A DNA stretch of 64,000 nucleotides from Cyanophora paradoxa CCMP329. Its lineage: Eukaryota > Plantae > Glaucophyta. Shown in pieces: positions 1 through 10,226 of the stretch. The stretch lies in the NCBI GenBank assembly GCA_004431415.1, contig QPMI01000710.1, positions 1 to 64,000 on the forward strand. Reading direction: 5' to 3'. The notes under the pieces were generated by a model. It was not told where the DNA came from. It made no database searches and was given only the letters and a program-made list of their open reading frames with translations. Position numbers and translations under genes: made by a program. The first letter of the stretch is position 1. Each line of letters begins with the position of its first letter.

Positions 1-1243
1 CTCGATATGCAAAGGTGGAAAACCCAGATGACCATATAGTTCTCTTGGATGCAAATAATCTGTATGGTTTTGCTCTCAGTTCAAGAACTGCCCATTGGCG
101 ATTTTCGGTGGGAAGATGTCACAGAGGCACTTAAAGAGACCCAGGACGAAGTGCCTTTATTGAAGTAGACCTGGAATACCCACAACTCTCACAGATCATT
201 ACGATTTTCCACTTGTAGTCAATAAAGAACATGTCACCACCGAAATGCTGGGTGAGTATCAACAAAACTACTGGATATCACAGGTGAGAAGATAAGCAAA
301 GACCCCAAACTCACAGCAACATTCTCACCCAAAAACTATGTGATTTCCCAACCTCTCTTGATCTATCTTGTGAGCAAGGTATTATAATAAGAAGGTTCAC
401 AGGGTTCTCTCATTTGCAACTCTGCATTCATGAAGAGTTTATATTGATCTAAATACGAAACTGAGGCGCCAATCTATGTCCAGATTCGAGAGTGACTTCT
501 TTAAAATTAATGAACAATGCAATCTATGGTAAATGCCTCGAATCATGCAGGGGTCGCTCTGTGGTAAGATTGCTAACAGTGAGAAACTCTGCAAGAAATA
601 TGCTGCAAGTCCACTCATCAAGGCAACCAATGTATTAAACGAAAATGCTGTTGCCTTGAGATGTACTCAAAGCATGTTCACTTAGATAAACCTGTTGCAA
701 TTGGTGCTTTTGTGCTGGATTTCGCGAAACTCCATAATAGCAGGTTCTTTTATGATGTGGTGAGGAGAACTTGGGAAACAGCAGAGCTACTATTCCATGA
801 TACAGATTCTTTCTGTCTACTGCTGCATACAATGATCTTAAATAATGAGATGAAGCGAATTTCTGAACACCTGGATGCAGTAATTATGATACTGCCACCC
901 TCTCTTGATAGGAGAAATCGCTTGATTCCAGGTAAATATAAAAAACGAGTTTCCCAATGCAAAGATTGTGGAGTATGTAGGTCTGAGATCGAAACTCTAT
1001 GCTTTCAGAACTGAGACCTTTGATAAAATAAAGATGTCTGGTACTTCCTCCAAAGAGGTTCACTTTGATGATTTCAAGAGATGCCTGTTTGAAGGCATCA
1101 CCAAAACAGTAGCAGTAGTAAACAAGCGAAGACAAGACCACAACCTATATGATTTGGAGAGCAGAAGGGTGGCTCTAAACCAACTCGATAGCAAAAGGAA
1201 GATATTAGACGATGGAATTCACAGCATTCCATTTGGGCTCTAA
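1..1243 (+). pseudogene. Protein-primed family B DNA polymerase, C-terminal half, multiply frameshifted
   Basis: Motifs recoverable across frames: LDANNLYG (from 46), LPIGDF, FIEVDLEYP, FFK-LMNNAIYGK (about 500-535), LLFHDTDSF (about 790-810), EYVGLRSKLYAF. The indels may be decay or assembly error. Confidence 0.88.
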
Positions 1244-1401
1244 TCTACTTCATCAATCTTTCTTTTTCTTTGGTTTCGCTCTCCAAGAAGTAATAAACCG
1301 CGAATTAAATGCAGCAGCCATATACATCTTAATCCTGGATCATTGGGCTCAATTGCAAAGTAGTTTGGAATTGTGTTCTCCTTCCACACAGACTCTTGCA
1401 T
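1240..1401 (-). CDS. Small viral ORF, 53 aa (MQESVWKENT...KIDEVD), unknown function
   Basis: Fills the gap between polB and the integrase. The ATG sits in a TAAATG context like other viral starts. Below the ORF-track cutoff. Confidence 0.35.
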   Translation of the reverse strand: MQESVWKENTIPNYFAIEPNDPGLRCIWLLHLIRGLLLLGERNQRKRKIDEVD

Positions 1402-1426
1402 TTATTATATGAGAGATAAGGTAAAG

Positions 1427-2827
1427 ATGCCTTCTACACAAATAGGATTGAGACAACCACCAAGAATTGTGAGAAAAGAGGCAATTGAAGATCGAGGGAA
1501 TATTCTGCCCATCACAGTTCCAGTGGAGGAGAAGAGCAGTCGAATATTAAAAAGATCAGAGATGGTCAAGCAATTAATCCCAGAGACACTCCCAGCTGAG
1601 ACAGCACCAAAAGAGTCGAAGATTGCTAAGAAGTTCTATGATCCCAGGACAGGCTACAAGGGATTTACTGCAATGAGACAGGAACTACCAGAGGAGAACT
1701 ACAAGAAGATGAGAGAATGGTATGATAAGCAGGAGGTTGTCCAAATTAATGCACCCACCCTATCTCGAAAGAGAGATCCCATGATTCCAATTAGGCAACC
1801 CCTTGATACCTATGTGATTGATCTGCTCTTCTTTCCTGCATACAAAAAGCAGAATGATGGTTATGATACATTTATGAGTGCAATGGAGTCAACCCTGAGA
1901 ACAGGGTTCATTATTCCAATGAGAGACAAAAGTGCTCTTACTACACTTGCAGCATTCAAGCAACTTGAACAGAGAGTCCCCAGACCAATTGTTCGCATTC
2001 AGAGTGACAGTGGAAGCGAATTTACCAATGTATTATTCACAGATTATTTGGGAACGAAATTCATTGAGCATCAACTAAGTGATGTTGCAGATCACAGAAC
2101 CCAAGGTCGAATTGAAGCCTTTAACAGACAGATCAAGAGATTGATCACAAACTACTGCATTGCAAATAATACTGCACGATTTTTTGATGTGTTGGGTGAT
2201 ATTGAGTATAATTATAATAATACCATCCACTCTGCAACCAAGAGAAAACCAGCAGAGACCACAGAAGCCCACTACAAAGAGATTGTGAGTATGGAGGATC
2301 AGAGGTTCAAGAAATCGATTGAGTATCTTGATGCTCTGAAACCTGGTATGTTTGTGAGAGTGAAAGTTGAAAAGAATCCATTTGCAAAGCAGGGAGTGAA
2401 TTGGTCTCGAATTGTTTATAGTGTGGAGGGCAGAGAGGGCTTCAAGTTCAGAATCAGAAGCCCCAGTGGTGAGATAGTTGATGGTAGATTCGCTTTTCAT
2501 GAACTGCTGCCCATTAAAGGTGTTGAGTATCATGAAACTCCCACAGTGGATGCTCTTGAACAGGCAAAAGAGGAAGCCAGGGTTGATTCAGCAATCAGAA
2601 AGGAGGGCATAGAAAAAGCAAGTGAAGTACCAAAAGAACCCCTCACAGAAGCAAGAGCACAAAAGAAGGGTAGAGTAGAGAAAGAATTAAAGAAGTTGAC
2701 CATAGCAGGAACCCAGAAATTATCAGAAGTTAACAGTCAGAGGTGGTATAATGACTTTTCAACCACCAAAGAAACATATACTGCACCCCAAACTCGATTT
2801 AATTTACGGAGTGGTCAGAGGAAATAG
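1427..2827 (+). CDS. Retroviral-type (rve) DDE integrase, Polinton-like
   Basis: Uninterrupted ORF with the catalytic triad in YVIDLLF, IQSDSGSEF and QGRIEAFNR, followed by YNNTIHSATKRKP. First ATG in a GTAAAGATG context is at 1427. Confidence 0.93.
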   Translation: MPSTQIGLRQPPRIVRKEAIEDRGNILPITVPVEEKSSRILKRSEMVKQLIPETLPAETAPKESKIAKKFYDPRTGYKGFTAMRQELPEENYKKMREWYDKQEVVQINAPTLSRKRDPMIPIRQPLDTYVIDLLFFPAYKKQNDGYDTFMSAMESTLRTGFIIPMRDKSALTTLAAFKQLEQRVPRPIVRIQSDSGSEFTNVLFTDYLGTKFIEHQLSDVADHRTQGRIEAFNRQIKRLITNYCIANNTARFFDVLGDIEYNYNNTIHSATKRKPAETTEAHYKEIVSMEDQRFKKSIEYLDALKPGMFVRVKVEKNPFAKQGVNWSRIVYSVEGREGFKFRIRSPSGEIVDGRFAFHELLPIKGVEYHETPTVDALEQAKEEARVDSAIRKEGIEKASEVPKEPLTEARAQKKGRVEKELKKLTIAGTQKLSEVNSQRWYNDFSTTKETYTAPQTRFNLRSGQRK

Positions 2828-2828
2828 A

Positions 2829-3071
2829 TTAACAACGCTTTCGGAATCTCTTAGACCTCTGGCGAATTTTCCTCATTTGTCTATCTTTTTCAATAATTTC
2901 CAAGAAGAAAGTTTCAAGGTTTGAAACCAGCTGGTAATTATAAACAAAGAACAGTCTCACATGCTCTGGCTGTGACATGAAGAAATTGTAATAGAAAGCA
3001 GTTTTGAAATCATGGATCCAGTCTGATTGGGCAGCATGGATGATAACAGGGTCTTGGTAGATGGGATCCAT
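2829..3071 (-). CDS. Small viral hypothetical protein (80 aa, basic C-terminus)
   Basis: ORF converging tightly on the integrase stop; no recognisable motif. Confidence 0.45.
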   Translation of the reverse strand: MDPIYQDPVIIHAAQSDWIHDFKTAFYYNFFMSQPEHVRLFFVYNYQLVSNLETFFLEIIEKDRQMRKIRQRSKRFRKRC

Positions 3072-3259
3072 AGCAGAAGTTGAGAGAATCCAGAAAATCC
3101 TTGTCAATTTTTTATTTTGTTAGTGCCCGATCTCAACGGAATCTGATAGCCGCTGACGAGAGGATTCCGAATCTGTTTTCAGAATTGAAAACGGAGCAGT
3201 TGGTGAAGAGTTACCTGCGTTTATCGGTTGACTCAACTTGACTGTGAACTGCGCGCAAT

Positions 3260-3913
3260 CGCGAACCGTCAAGTATATATGCATATATATATACATATAT
3301 ACACTTTTTTACCAGAAATTCCGTTTGACCAAACCGAGATTACGGAGGTTTTGTGTATATATGCGGTATATATGTCGAGAGTTGTCTGTTGGATTTCCTG
3401 GGCTCCCTCTGGACATCAATCTTGTAATGATTGTTGTATTTGATACAAAACATCAATGGAAGTTGTATTCGATAGCGATGATGTACATGATTTTTGAGGC
3501 TGATAGAAAATATTAATGAGTTTTGAGGCTGATAGAACTTATGAATTGTTGTTGAGGCTGATAGATTGCAGAAGACTTTTTGATGATGCAGATAGAATTT
3601 CCAGATGCAGACATCTATGATTGTTGTATTCGATACTAAACTCTGGTCTTCCCTATTGATGAAAGACTCCGGTTATGACTAATTGTTGATATCTATATCA
3701 ACAATGAGTCGTCTTCGGATATCTACCTCAACAATGAGTCATAACTGATATCTATATCAACAATAAGTCATTACCTCCGAAAGAGTGCAACATATATACA
3801 CCATATCTACACCATACTTTTCGTGTGACATCGAACCTCCGAGTCGCCGACCGACCAATCCGCTATTTTGTGGTCAAAATGTATATATGCGCATATATAC
3901 TTGACGGTTCGCG
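3260..3913. repeat. Non-coding segment bounded by 23-bp perfect inverted repeats, with internal opposed arrays of about 30-bp units
   Basis: CGCGAACCGTCAAGTATATATGC at 3260-3282 and its reverse complement at 3891-3913. GAGGCTGATAGA at 3496, 3525 and 3554. Inverted GATATCTAxxTCAACAATxAGTC x3 at about 3688-3769. Confidence 0.85.
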
Positions 3914-4219
3914 TTACTACTGTCGGCATCACTTCACGTTACGACTGTGGGGCTGTCGGCATCTTCAAACGCTTGTATCTCACCACCAGATCATCACCTT
4001 GCAACCGTCGACATATCGCTGGAAAGCGCTTAAAAAGACCTACACGATGGTGCAGGTATCAAGTATATATACGTATATATTACATACAAATATTTCGAAA
4101 AAACGATTAATCGGCTACTTTCTACTGTAAGGAACATACAGTAAAATAATGCGAAAATACAGTAGCTACTGTTAAAAAAGCCATAATCTGGCGCACCATA
4201 CATCAGAAGTCCTGAATTT

Positions 4220-5761
4220 CTATACACTTCGAATAAATGCACCTGTGACATCCACTCTCATAGTTGGGGCATTTATATATACAAGTGGATAAATACGAAT
4301 ATATCTGGTTCTCAGAGGGTAGCCAATATAGAAAACGTCTCTAATAGAGGTTGGATACCCAGAACTGTATGAGACATCACCACTATTATGGGCATTATTA
4401 ATAGTTTCACACATGAACATTCTGTTAACACCTTCATACTTGATAAATGACCAGGAAACACCATCTTGTGAGGTTGCAACATTGAAGGTCTTAACAAAGG
4501 CATTGGTCACACCAGACCCATATGCAATTATAGATGCTACCTCATATATATATGGGAAGGATACTTGGAGATACTCAGTGGGAACACTCCATATCCCATC
4601 AGGAGCAGATGCATTTGCCTCCCAACCAGTTAATGAAGGTCTTGCTTTAAATGCCTCCCTTCCAATTTTTGATGATGAAGCAGTGAATGCACCATCTGAT
4701 AGAAGATACCAGTTAGCATCAATGGGAGGTATGTTATTCAGAGTGGATGATATATAGAACCTTGCAGGGTTCTTGATTTCATAATTTGCAACCAGTAAAT
4801 CACAGAGTCTATCAATCATCACAGTGTTTGCTGCTATATACATTTCGGTTGCATCTATCATATCTGGTATCTTAGAGGTATCATCCAGAGAGTTTACTAT
4901 GGTCTTTGGAAGTGGAACAGAGAGTCTATAATATCTTGCATATCCTTGGTCATCATTATATGGGAGAAACTCTTGCATCTTTTCCAGGGCTGAGAGTTCA
5001 CTTGCAGCCATCAACATATTAATTAATGGACTCCCAGAGGTCGAAGCAATCCATGAGAGAATGCCCCAGCTGTTGACATCTTCATAGGAATATCCCACAT
5101 TTGGGGCATCTGTTTCATTGACCTCACCACAGGATATACTGATCACAATTATATCATCATCATCATCATAGATCTTTTTAGCATGGCTGTAACCACATAC
5201 ACTGGGATTGTTGTTACCTGATATTGCACCATCAATTAGAGACATCCCATCATAGTTCACAGGTGAGAAGTAAGTAGGTGCAGCAGAGGTGGATCTTGCA
5301 GCAATCTTGCTGGGGATGGATTTGTAGGAATTATCATTGGTGATAAAGATGGGCTTCATACTCACAGTATCAAAACTTGTTATCACTACATCTTTTAGAG
5401 AGTCTTGAATGAGAGACTCACCAGTAACAGTGAGAATGGCTGTCTCCAATGGGGTCACATCATACTTGGTGTTGAAAAGGGCATTATCTATAATATTTCT
5501 GGGATTAGCAAAGATTAAAGGCAATTGATTGAGATAAGTGGAATGCAAATCGGTTGCAGTGAGTTTAGGTTCGTTTGGAAATTCGGGATTTTTCACATTG
5601 AGACCAATTGCAATAATCCCACCAGTGGATGTACCACTCACCAGGTCAACAAGATCTATTACTCTTTTTCCTGTTCGAGTTTCGATTTCTTTTAGCAATC
5701 TCGTAATAATTATACCACGAGCTCCCCCACCTGAGAGACTGAGAATTACACGAAGGGGCAT
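4220..5761 (-). CDS. Patatin-like phospholipase fused to a C-terminal F5/8 type C (discoidin) domain
   Basis: Patatin motifs LSLSGGGARG, GTSTG (GxSxG), SAAPTYF and DGA. Discoidin pattern EYLQVSF...FVKTFNVATSQDGVSW...PLRTRYIRIYP...MRVDV. Confidence 0.92.
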   Translation of the reverse strand: MPLRVILSLSGGGARGIIITRLLKEIETRTGKRVIDLVDLVSGTSTGGIIAIGLNVKNPEFPNEPKLTATDLHSTYLNQLPLIFANPRNIIDNALFNTKYDVTPLETAILTVTGESLIQDSLKDVVITSFDTVSMKPIFITNDNSYKSIPSKIAARSTSAAPTYFSPVNYDGMSLIDGAISGNNNPSVCGYSHAKKIYDDDDDIIVISISCGEVNETDAPNVGYSYEDVNSWGILSWIASTSGSPLINMLMAASELSALEKMQEFLPYNDDQGYARYYRLSVPLPKTIVNSLDDTSKIPDMIDATEMYIAANTVMIDRLCDLLVANYEIKNPARFYISSTLNNIPPIDANWYLLSDGAFTASSSKIGREAFKARPSLTGWEANASAPDGIWSVPTEYLQVSFPYIYEVASIIAYGSGVTNAFVKTFNVATSQDGVSWSFIKYEGVNRMFMCETINNAHNSGDVSYSSGYPTSIRDVFYIGYPLRTRYIRIYPLVYINAPTMRVDVTGAFIRSV

Positions 5762-5810
5762 CTTTACTTAACTCAAATTTAATAAATCTCTATAAGTAGA
5801 GTAAACAGGG

Positions 5811-8800
5811 ATGAGTTTCAATTATCCAGCAAACCTACAAACCATTCCCTCATCTGGAAGAGGGAAGACAGATAACAAACATGTGAATTTCGATAACTTG
5901 ACAGCCAGAGGGTCAATCTCAATTGATCACAGTGCAGATGAACCCTCAAAGACTCACCCAAGAGAGCATGCACTTTCAATAAACGAAATGGATCCCGAAA
6001 AAGAGGATGTGAGTGTTGCTTTCAGCATGGGGAATGTGAAAGCGAATCAAGTAGCCCAGATTAAAGCAACCAGGAGCAGACCAAGAAAACTGAAAACCAG
6101 TGGAACCCATCCAGATATTCCAACTCGATTCGATAGTGGAAGGTTGATATTCAATGTTCAAAATGAGAAGGGTGGGCATCAGAGTGGTTTAAGAATCTAT
6201 AATGAAGGATCAAATGCAATTGCACAAATTCCCGAAATATTACAGATAGCACCCCATGGAGAGACCAACAAAATCGAGTTCACTAACAATGTTTATCCAA
6301 GAGATATTGTGGCGAATTCGGCTTCTAATGCGCAATTCGGTTTCCAACTACCTGGTGATACAGCAAAGAATAAGGCGTCTATCACTGTCAACAGTAGCCC
6401 CACTCAACCAGTAACAATTCATTTACACCCAGACCTTGTCGAAATGGACAGGCACCTTTTACCTCTGGTAACCAACACCAAAGATCTTGGTATCAGAACC
6501 AGGCAATGGCGAAATATCCATGGAAGCAATGTCTATGCAAATGGAGAGAAACTTGTAAGTGAGAAGACCATAAGAGAGATCTTTGAATATTATGGACCTG
6601 TCCCAGTTCCCTTTCCTCTTCCATGGGATCCACCAGATTTAACACCAAAAAAGCAACCAGGAAGAGAGTACACAGCAGATGAGACAGTTCCTTTTGGGCA
6701 ACACATTGTGAGTTGGGAGCAGGTTCGCAATAAACCGATAATTGAACCAAGAAAGCAAATTGATGAGCAATATTTACCTCCTGAAATCGATATTTTGGAG
6801 CTGGACGAATACCAATTCGTTCCAGATGAGGAGGAGTATTTACCAGATGGTTTTGACCCACAGGAGTATGAATATGATCAATATGACCCCAATGAGGAAG
6901 AGTATTTACCAGATGGTTTAGATCCACAAGAGTATGAGTATGAACAGAATTATGAACCCCATGAGGAATATTTAGCAGATGGTCTCGAACCACCAGTTGT
7001 GGATTATGAGCAACCATATGAACCCCATGAAGAATTATTACCAGATGGATTTCGACCTGAGATTTGGGAGTTCTTCCCTGATTGGGAGCAGATCAACAAT
7101 AAACCAGCCAGATTTCCACCAGAGGATCACAACCATGACTGGGATGAGATCTTAGGTAAACCAGAGAAATTCCCACCAGAGGATCACAGGCATGACTGGG
7201 GTGATATTGATGGAAAACCAGAAGAGTTTCCACCAGAAGATCACAGACATACATGGAGCGAAATAGATGAACAACCAAAATTCGCATCAGCAGGTGATGT
7301 TTTCGACACCACACATGGTGTTACTCTCTACCAAAGTAATACCATACCAGAAAGATTACGATTAGATGAATATTATGTGAATCGTAAAGGGATTGATGCA
7401 GGCACCACAATGGAAGGTGAATTATACATCAGACCACCTACAAGAATGCAGATAATTGCAGCAGGCGGAAATTTCGGTTTGATGGACACCAAACCAGGTA
7501 TCTATTTAACCAGTTACTATGCTGATGACATCCCAATGACAGGAGGATTGATCTCTCTACCATCTGATCCAGTCAACTATGATGACAAAGATGCAGCAAT
7601 CCAAATTAATGTTACTGATGTGAGTGACTTAGATAGTTCAAGACCCAAATTAATATTCACCAGAGAAAGATTGTTACCCAATGCTCTCATTGGAAATCGA
7701 GATGACTACAAGAGATGCGAAATATCATGGATAAAAACGAATTATAATGGTGGAGTGGGTGAGGGTCTCTTAGAAATCAATCAGAGGGCAGCAGCAAAGA
7801 ATATTCACAATGAGACCATATCCAGAGTGGTAACAGAGGATTACCTGCAAGCCCAGAACTACATAGATGAAACAGAACTGAATACAATTATTGCAGGTAT
7901 TAATATTGGTGTGACAGGGGATTACCTTCCTCTCACAGGAGGGATTATTGATGGAACAGTAACAGCATGCAACTTCTTTGTCCATACTGAAAGCAATCAA
8001 ACCTTTCCTGTGGTTCACCCAGGAGGTGAATATGAGATCCCAGATGACCCATCTATTATGCCCATTAAGATTGACCTACCTTCTGATTATGTTGGAAGGG
8101 GTGAACTGAAAACGATCTCTTTCACAGGAGATTATAATGATCTCCTCAATAAACCCACCCCATCCAATTTACACCCTGTTGCATACTCAGGTAGTTTCCT
8201 TGATCTGAATAATAGATCACACACCCACACAAAGGCAGAAATTATAGATTTTGCACACACTCACACCAAATCCCAGATAACAGATTTTGCTCACTTCCAC
8301 ACCAGAGCAGATATCACGAATTTCGCTCACACTCATTTTAAATCTGAAATCACAGATTTCGCACACACTCACACAAAGTCACAGATAACAGATTTTGCAC
8401 ACACTCACACCAAAGGAGAGATTACAGACTTTGCTCACACCCATGTAAAGAGTGAGATAACAGATTTTGCACACACTCACACCAAAGGTGAGATTACAGA
8501 CTTTGCTCATACTCATACTAAGTCTCAAATTACAGATTTTGCTCACACACACCTTTGGGGAGATATTACAGATCGACCTACTCTTGATCCATTCACAGCA
8601 ACCACTATTAGAGCCAACAACACGATGTATGTAGGATCAGGTCAGATTGTAGAACCAGCAGGACCTATGTTTGAAGAAACATGGTTCTTCCACAATTCGC
8701 AGAATTACTTTGATAAAACCTTACTTGTTCGTGGAAATGCATATGCAAGGAATTTCTATGCTATGAACCCCTCAAATAATGCGACCATCAGTCGATGCAT

Positions 8801-9140
8801 TACAGAAGCAGATCTTTCCAGTCAACTCAATGCATATTTTAATGGGAAAATTCAAGCAGGTAAGTATGTTTACACTACTCCTGTTTTAAATTACAATAAT
8901 CTATATGTGTTCAATCTTACTATCTATTTTACCAATGCCTTTGCTTCTCCTCCTGTTGTTACAGCAACTGTAAGGCATGAAGGACAAGAACCAAATTATC
9001 AAGTAACTCCCGTCATTTTTACTGTGAACCTGTTGAATGTTTACAGTAACTATTTCACTTGTGAACTTTTCACTGATCCATATGCAATGAATAATTCATC
9101 CAAAACTGTAACAATCCATTACATTGCTGTCGCAATTTAA
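5811..9140 (+). CDS. Large fibre/spike-like protein (1109 aa) with acidic repeats, HxH repeats and a lectin-like C-terminus
   Basis: Phage-fibre-type motifs LLPLVTNTKDLG..QWRNIH, WxxIxxKPxxFPPEDHxH x3, FTGDYNDLLNKP and HTHTKSQITDFA x10. C-terminal FTNAFASPPVVTATV resembles H-type lectin/gp53-like tips. Confidence 0.8.
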   Translation: MSFNYPANLQTIPSSGRGKTDNKHVNFDNLTARGSISIDHSADEPSKTHPREHALSINEMDPEKEDVSVAFSMGNVKANQVAQIKATRSRPRKLKTSGTHPDIPTRFDSGRLIFNVQNEKGGHQSGLRIYNEGSNAIAQIPEILQIAPHGETNKIEFTNNVYPRDIVANSASNAQFGFQLPGDTAKNKASITVNSSPTQPVTIHLHPDLVEMDRHLLPLVTNTKDLGIRTRQWRNIHGSNVYANGEKLVSEKTIREIFEYYGPVPVPFPLPWDPPDLTPKKQPGREYTADETVPFGQHIVSWEQVRNKPIIEPRKQIDEQYLPPEIDILELDEYQFVPDEEEYLPDGFDPQEYEYDQYDPNEEEYLPDGLDPQEYEYEQNYEPHEEYLADGLEPPVVDYEQPYEPHEELLPDGFRPEIWEFFPDWEQINNKPARFPPEDHNHDWDEILGKPEKFPPEDHRHDWGDIDGKPEEFPPEDHRHTWSEIDEQPKFASAGDVFDTTHGVTLYQSNTIPERLRLDEYYVNRKGIDAGTTMEGELYIRPPTRMQIIAAGGNFGLMDTKPGIYLTSYYADDIPMTGGLISLPSDPVNYDDKDAAIQINVTDVSDLDSSRPKLIFTRERLLPNALIGNRDDYKRCEISWIKTNYNGGVGEGLLEINQRAAAKNIHNETISRVVTEDYLQAQNYIDETELNTIIAGINIGVTGDYLPLTGGIIDGTVTACNFFVHTESNQTFPVVHPGGEYEIPDDPSIMPIKIDLPSDYVGRGELKTISFTGDYNDLLNKPTPSNLHPVAYSGSFLDLNNRSHTHTKAEIIDFAHTHTKSQITDFAHFHTRADITNFAHTHFKSEITDFAHTHTKSQITDFAHTHTKGEITDFAHTHVKSEITDFAHTHTKGEITDFAHTHTKSQITDFAHTHLWGDITDRPTLDPFTATTIRANNTMYVGSGQIVEPAGPMFEETWFFHNSQNYFDKTLLVRGNAYARNFYAMNPSNNATISRCITEADLSSQLNAYFNGKIQAGKYVYTTPVLNYNNLYVFNLTIYFTNAFASPPVVTATVRHEGQEPNYQVTPVIFTVNLLNVYSNYFTCELFTDPYAMNNSSKTVTIHYIAVAI
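6820..7060 (+). repeat. Coding tandem repeat, about 22-aa acidic units (EEEYLPDGxxPxxxxYxQxYxP) x4
   Basis: GAGTATTTACCAGATGG and variants recur every 63-69 bp or so. Confidence 0.85.
8220..8579 (+). repeat. 36-bp coding tandem repeat, HTHTKSQITDFA x10
   Basis: Directly visible in both DNA and translation, with synonymous divergence between units. Confidence 0.95.
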
Positions 9141-9159
9141 CTATTTGATTAATATAAAG

Positions 9160-10113
9160 ATGACCTCTCTATTAGAAATCCCAAACTATGAACTTGCAGC
9201 CAAATCACTGCACAGCACCTCTCATGGAGTAGTTGATTCAACCCCTGGGTATATTTGTACTGAAACTTCAAGTAATACCTCTTTCACAGAGAATAATATA
9301 CTCAGAGTCAAAGAAATTCGATGTGATAGGAATGGAGGCAAGATAAGAACCACAGGAATTATTATCTCGAATAAAAATCAGGTTCAAGCAGGTCAAGTAG
9401 TCCCAGATTCAGCAATATATGATAATGTAGGTGGATTTACCACAGCACAGATAGTTTCTTTTGGTAACACAAGTAATACTTCCGCTCTTGTAGTCAAGAG
9501 TGGAGGAGCATACTTTGGAGAGGCATTAAAGGTGAATGGAACAGTAACAGCATCCATACTAAATGCTGGAAGTGGAATGTTTGAGAGTCCAATAAATTTT
9601 GAGGGTGGATATAATGCGAGTAGTTTTTCAGTTGGTGTTGGTGTCTTTTCCACAATGTTAAACACACCTGAAATTGAATCATCGAATGCACTCAATATCA
9701 AGAGAAATGCAGTGGTTACAGCAACCATAAACAATGTTTCCCCTTCAATAAATCTAATTAAATATCTGAAAGCTCCTCACCCTCGGTTTTGTATTGTAAA
9801 TTATTCAACATCAGCAGTTACTGTGGGAACCACATCAACAGCAAGAAGATTCGCTTTTAACAGAACTCTTGTGGATGCAAGCAATAATATCACATTATCC
9901 ACAGGCACCTTTACAGCACCTGTGTCCGGAATTTATAGATTCTTCTTCATTGTTCAAATGTCAACAGCTTCATCAACAGGGGAGTGTAGAGTTGCATTTA
10001 GAAAGAATGATTTGGCTCTTTCCCTCAATCGGTTCAAGAATTTTCAACTTACAATGGAAGGCGAAGTGTTCATATGGAGGCTTCTTTTGCTGTATATGCG
10101 AACGAATTTGTGA
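9160..10113 (+). CDS. Fibre paralogue 1: shared N-terminal module plus C1q-like head (probable frameshift near the 3' end)
   Basis: N-module PGYICTE..SF...ILRVKEIRCDRNGGKIRTT..VVKSGGAYFG. C1q signature FNRTLVD...GTFTAPVSGIYRFFF. Confidence 0.78.
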   Translation: MTSLLEIPNYELAAKSLHSTSHGVVDSTPGYICTETSSNTSFTENNILRVKEIRCDRNGGKIRTTGIIISNKNQVQAGQVVPDSAIYDNVGGFTTAQIVSFGNTSNTSALVVKSGGAYFGEALKVNGTVTASILNAGSGMFESPINFEGGYNASSFSVGVGVFSTMLNTPEIESSNALNIKRNAVVTATINNVSPSINLIKYLKAPHPRFCIVNYSTSAVTVGTTSTARRFAFNRTLVDASNNITLSTGTFTAPVSGIYRFFFIVQMSTASSTGECRVAFRKNDLALSLNRFKNFQLTMEGEVFIWRLLLLYMRTNL

Positions 10114-10226
10114 ATGTTATACAAACCTGGACATCGTCCATGCAATATGATGCTACAATACAAGGTATTACCTGTTTTGGGGGCATCTCATCAGTAGATT
10201 ATAAACTTTTTGTTGGGAATTTATAG

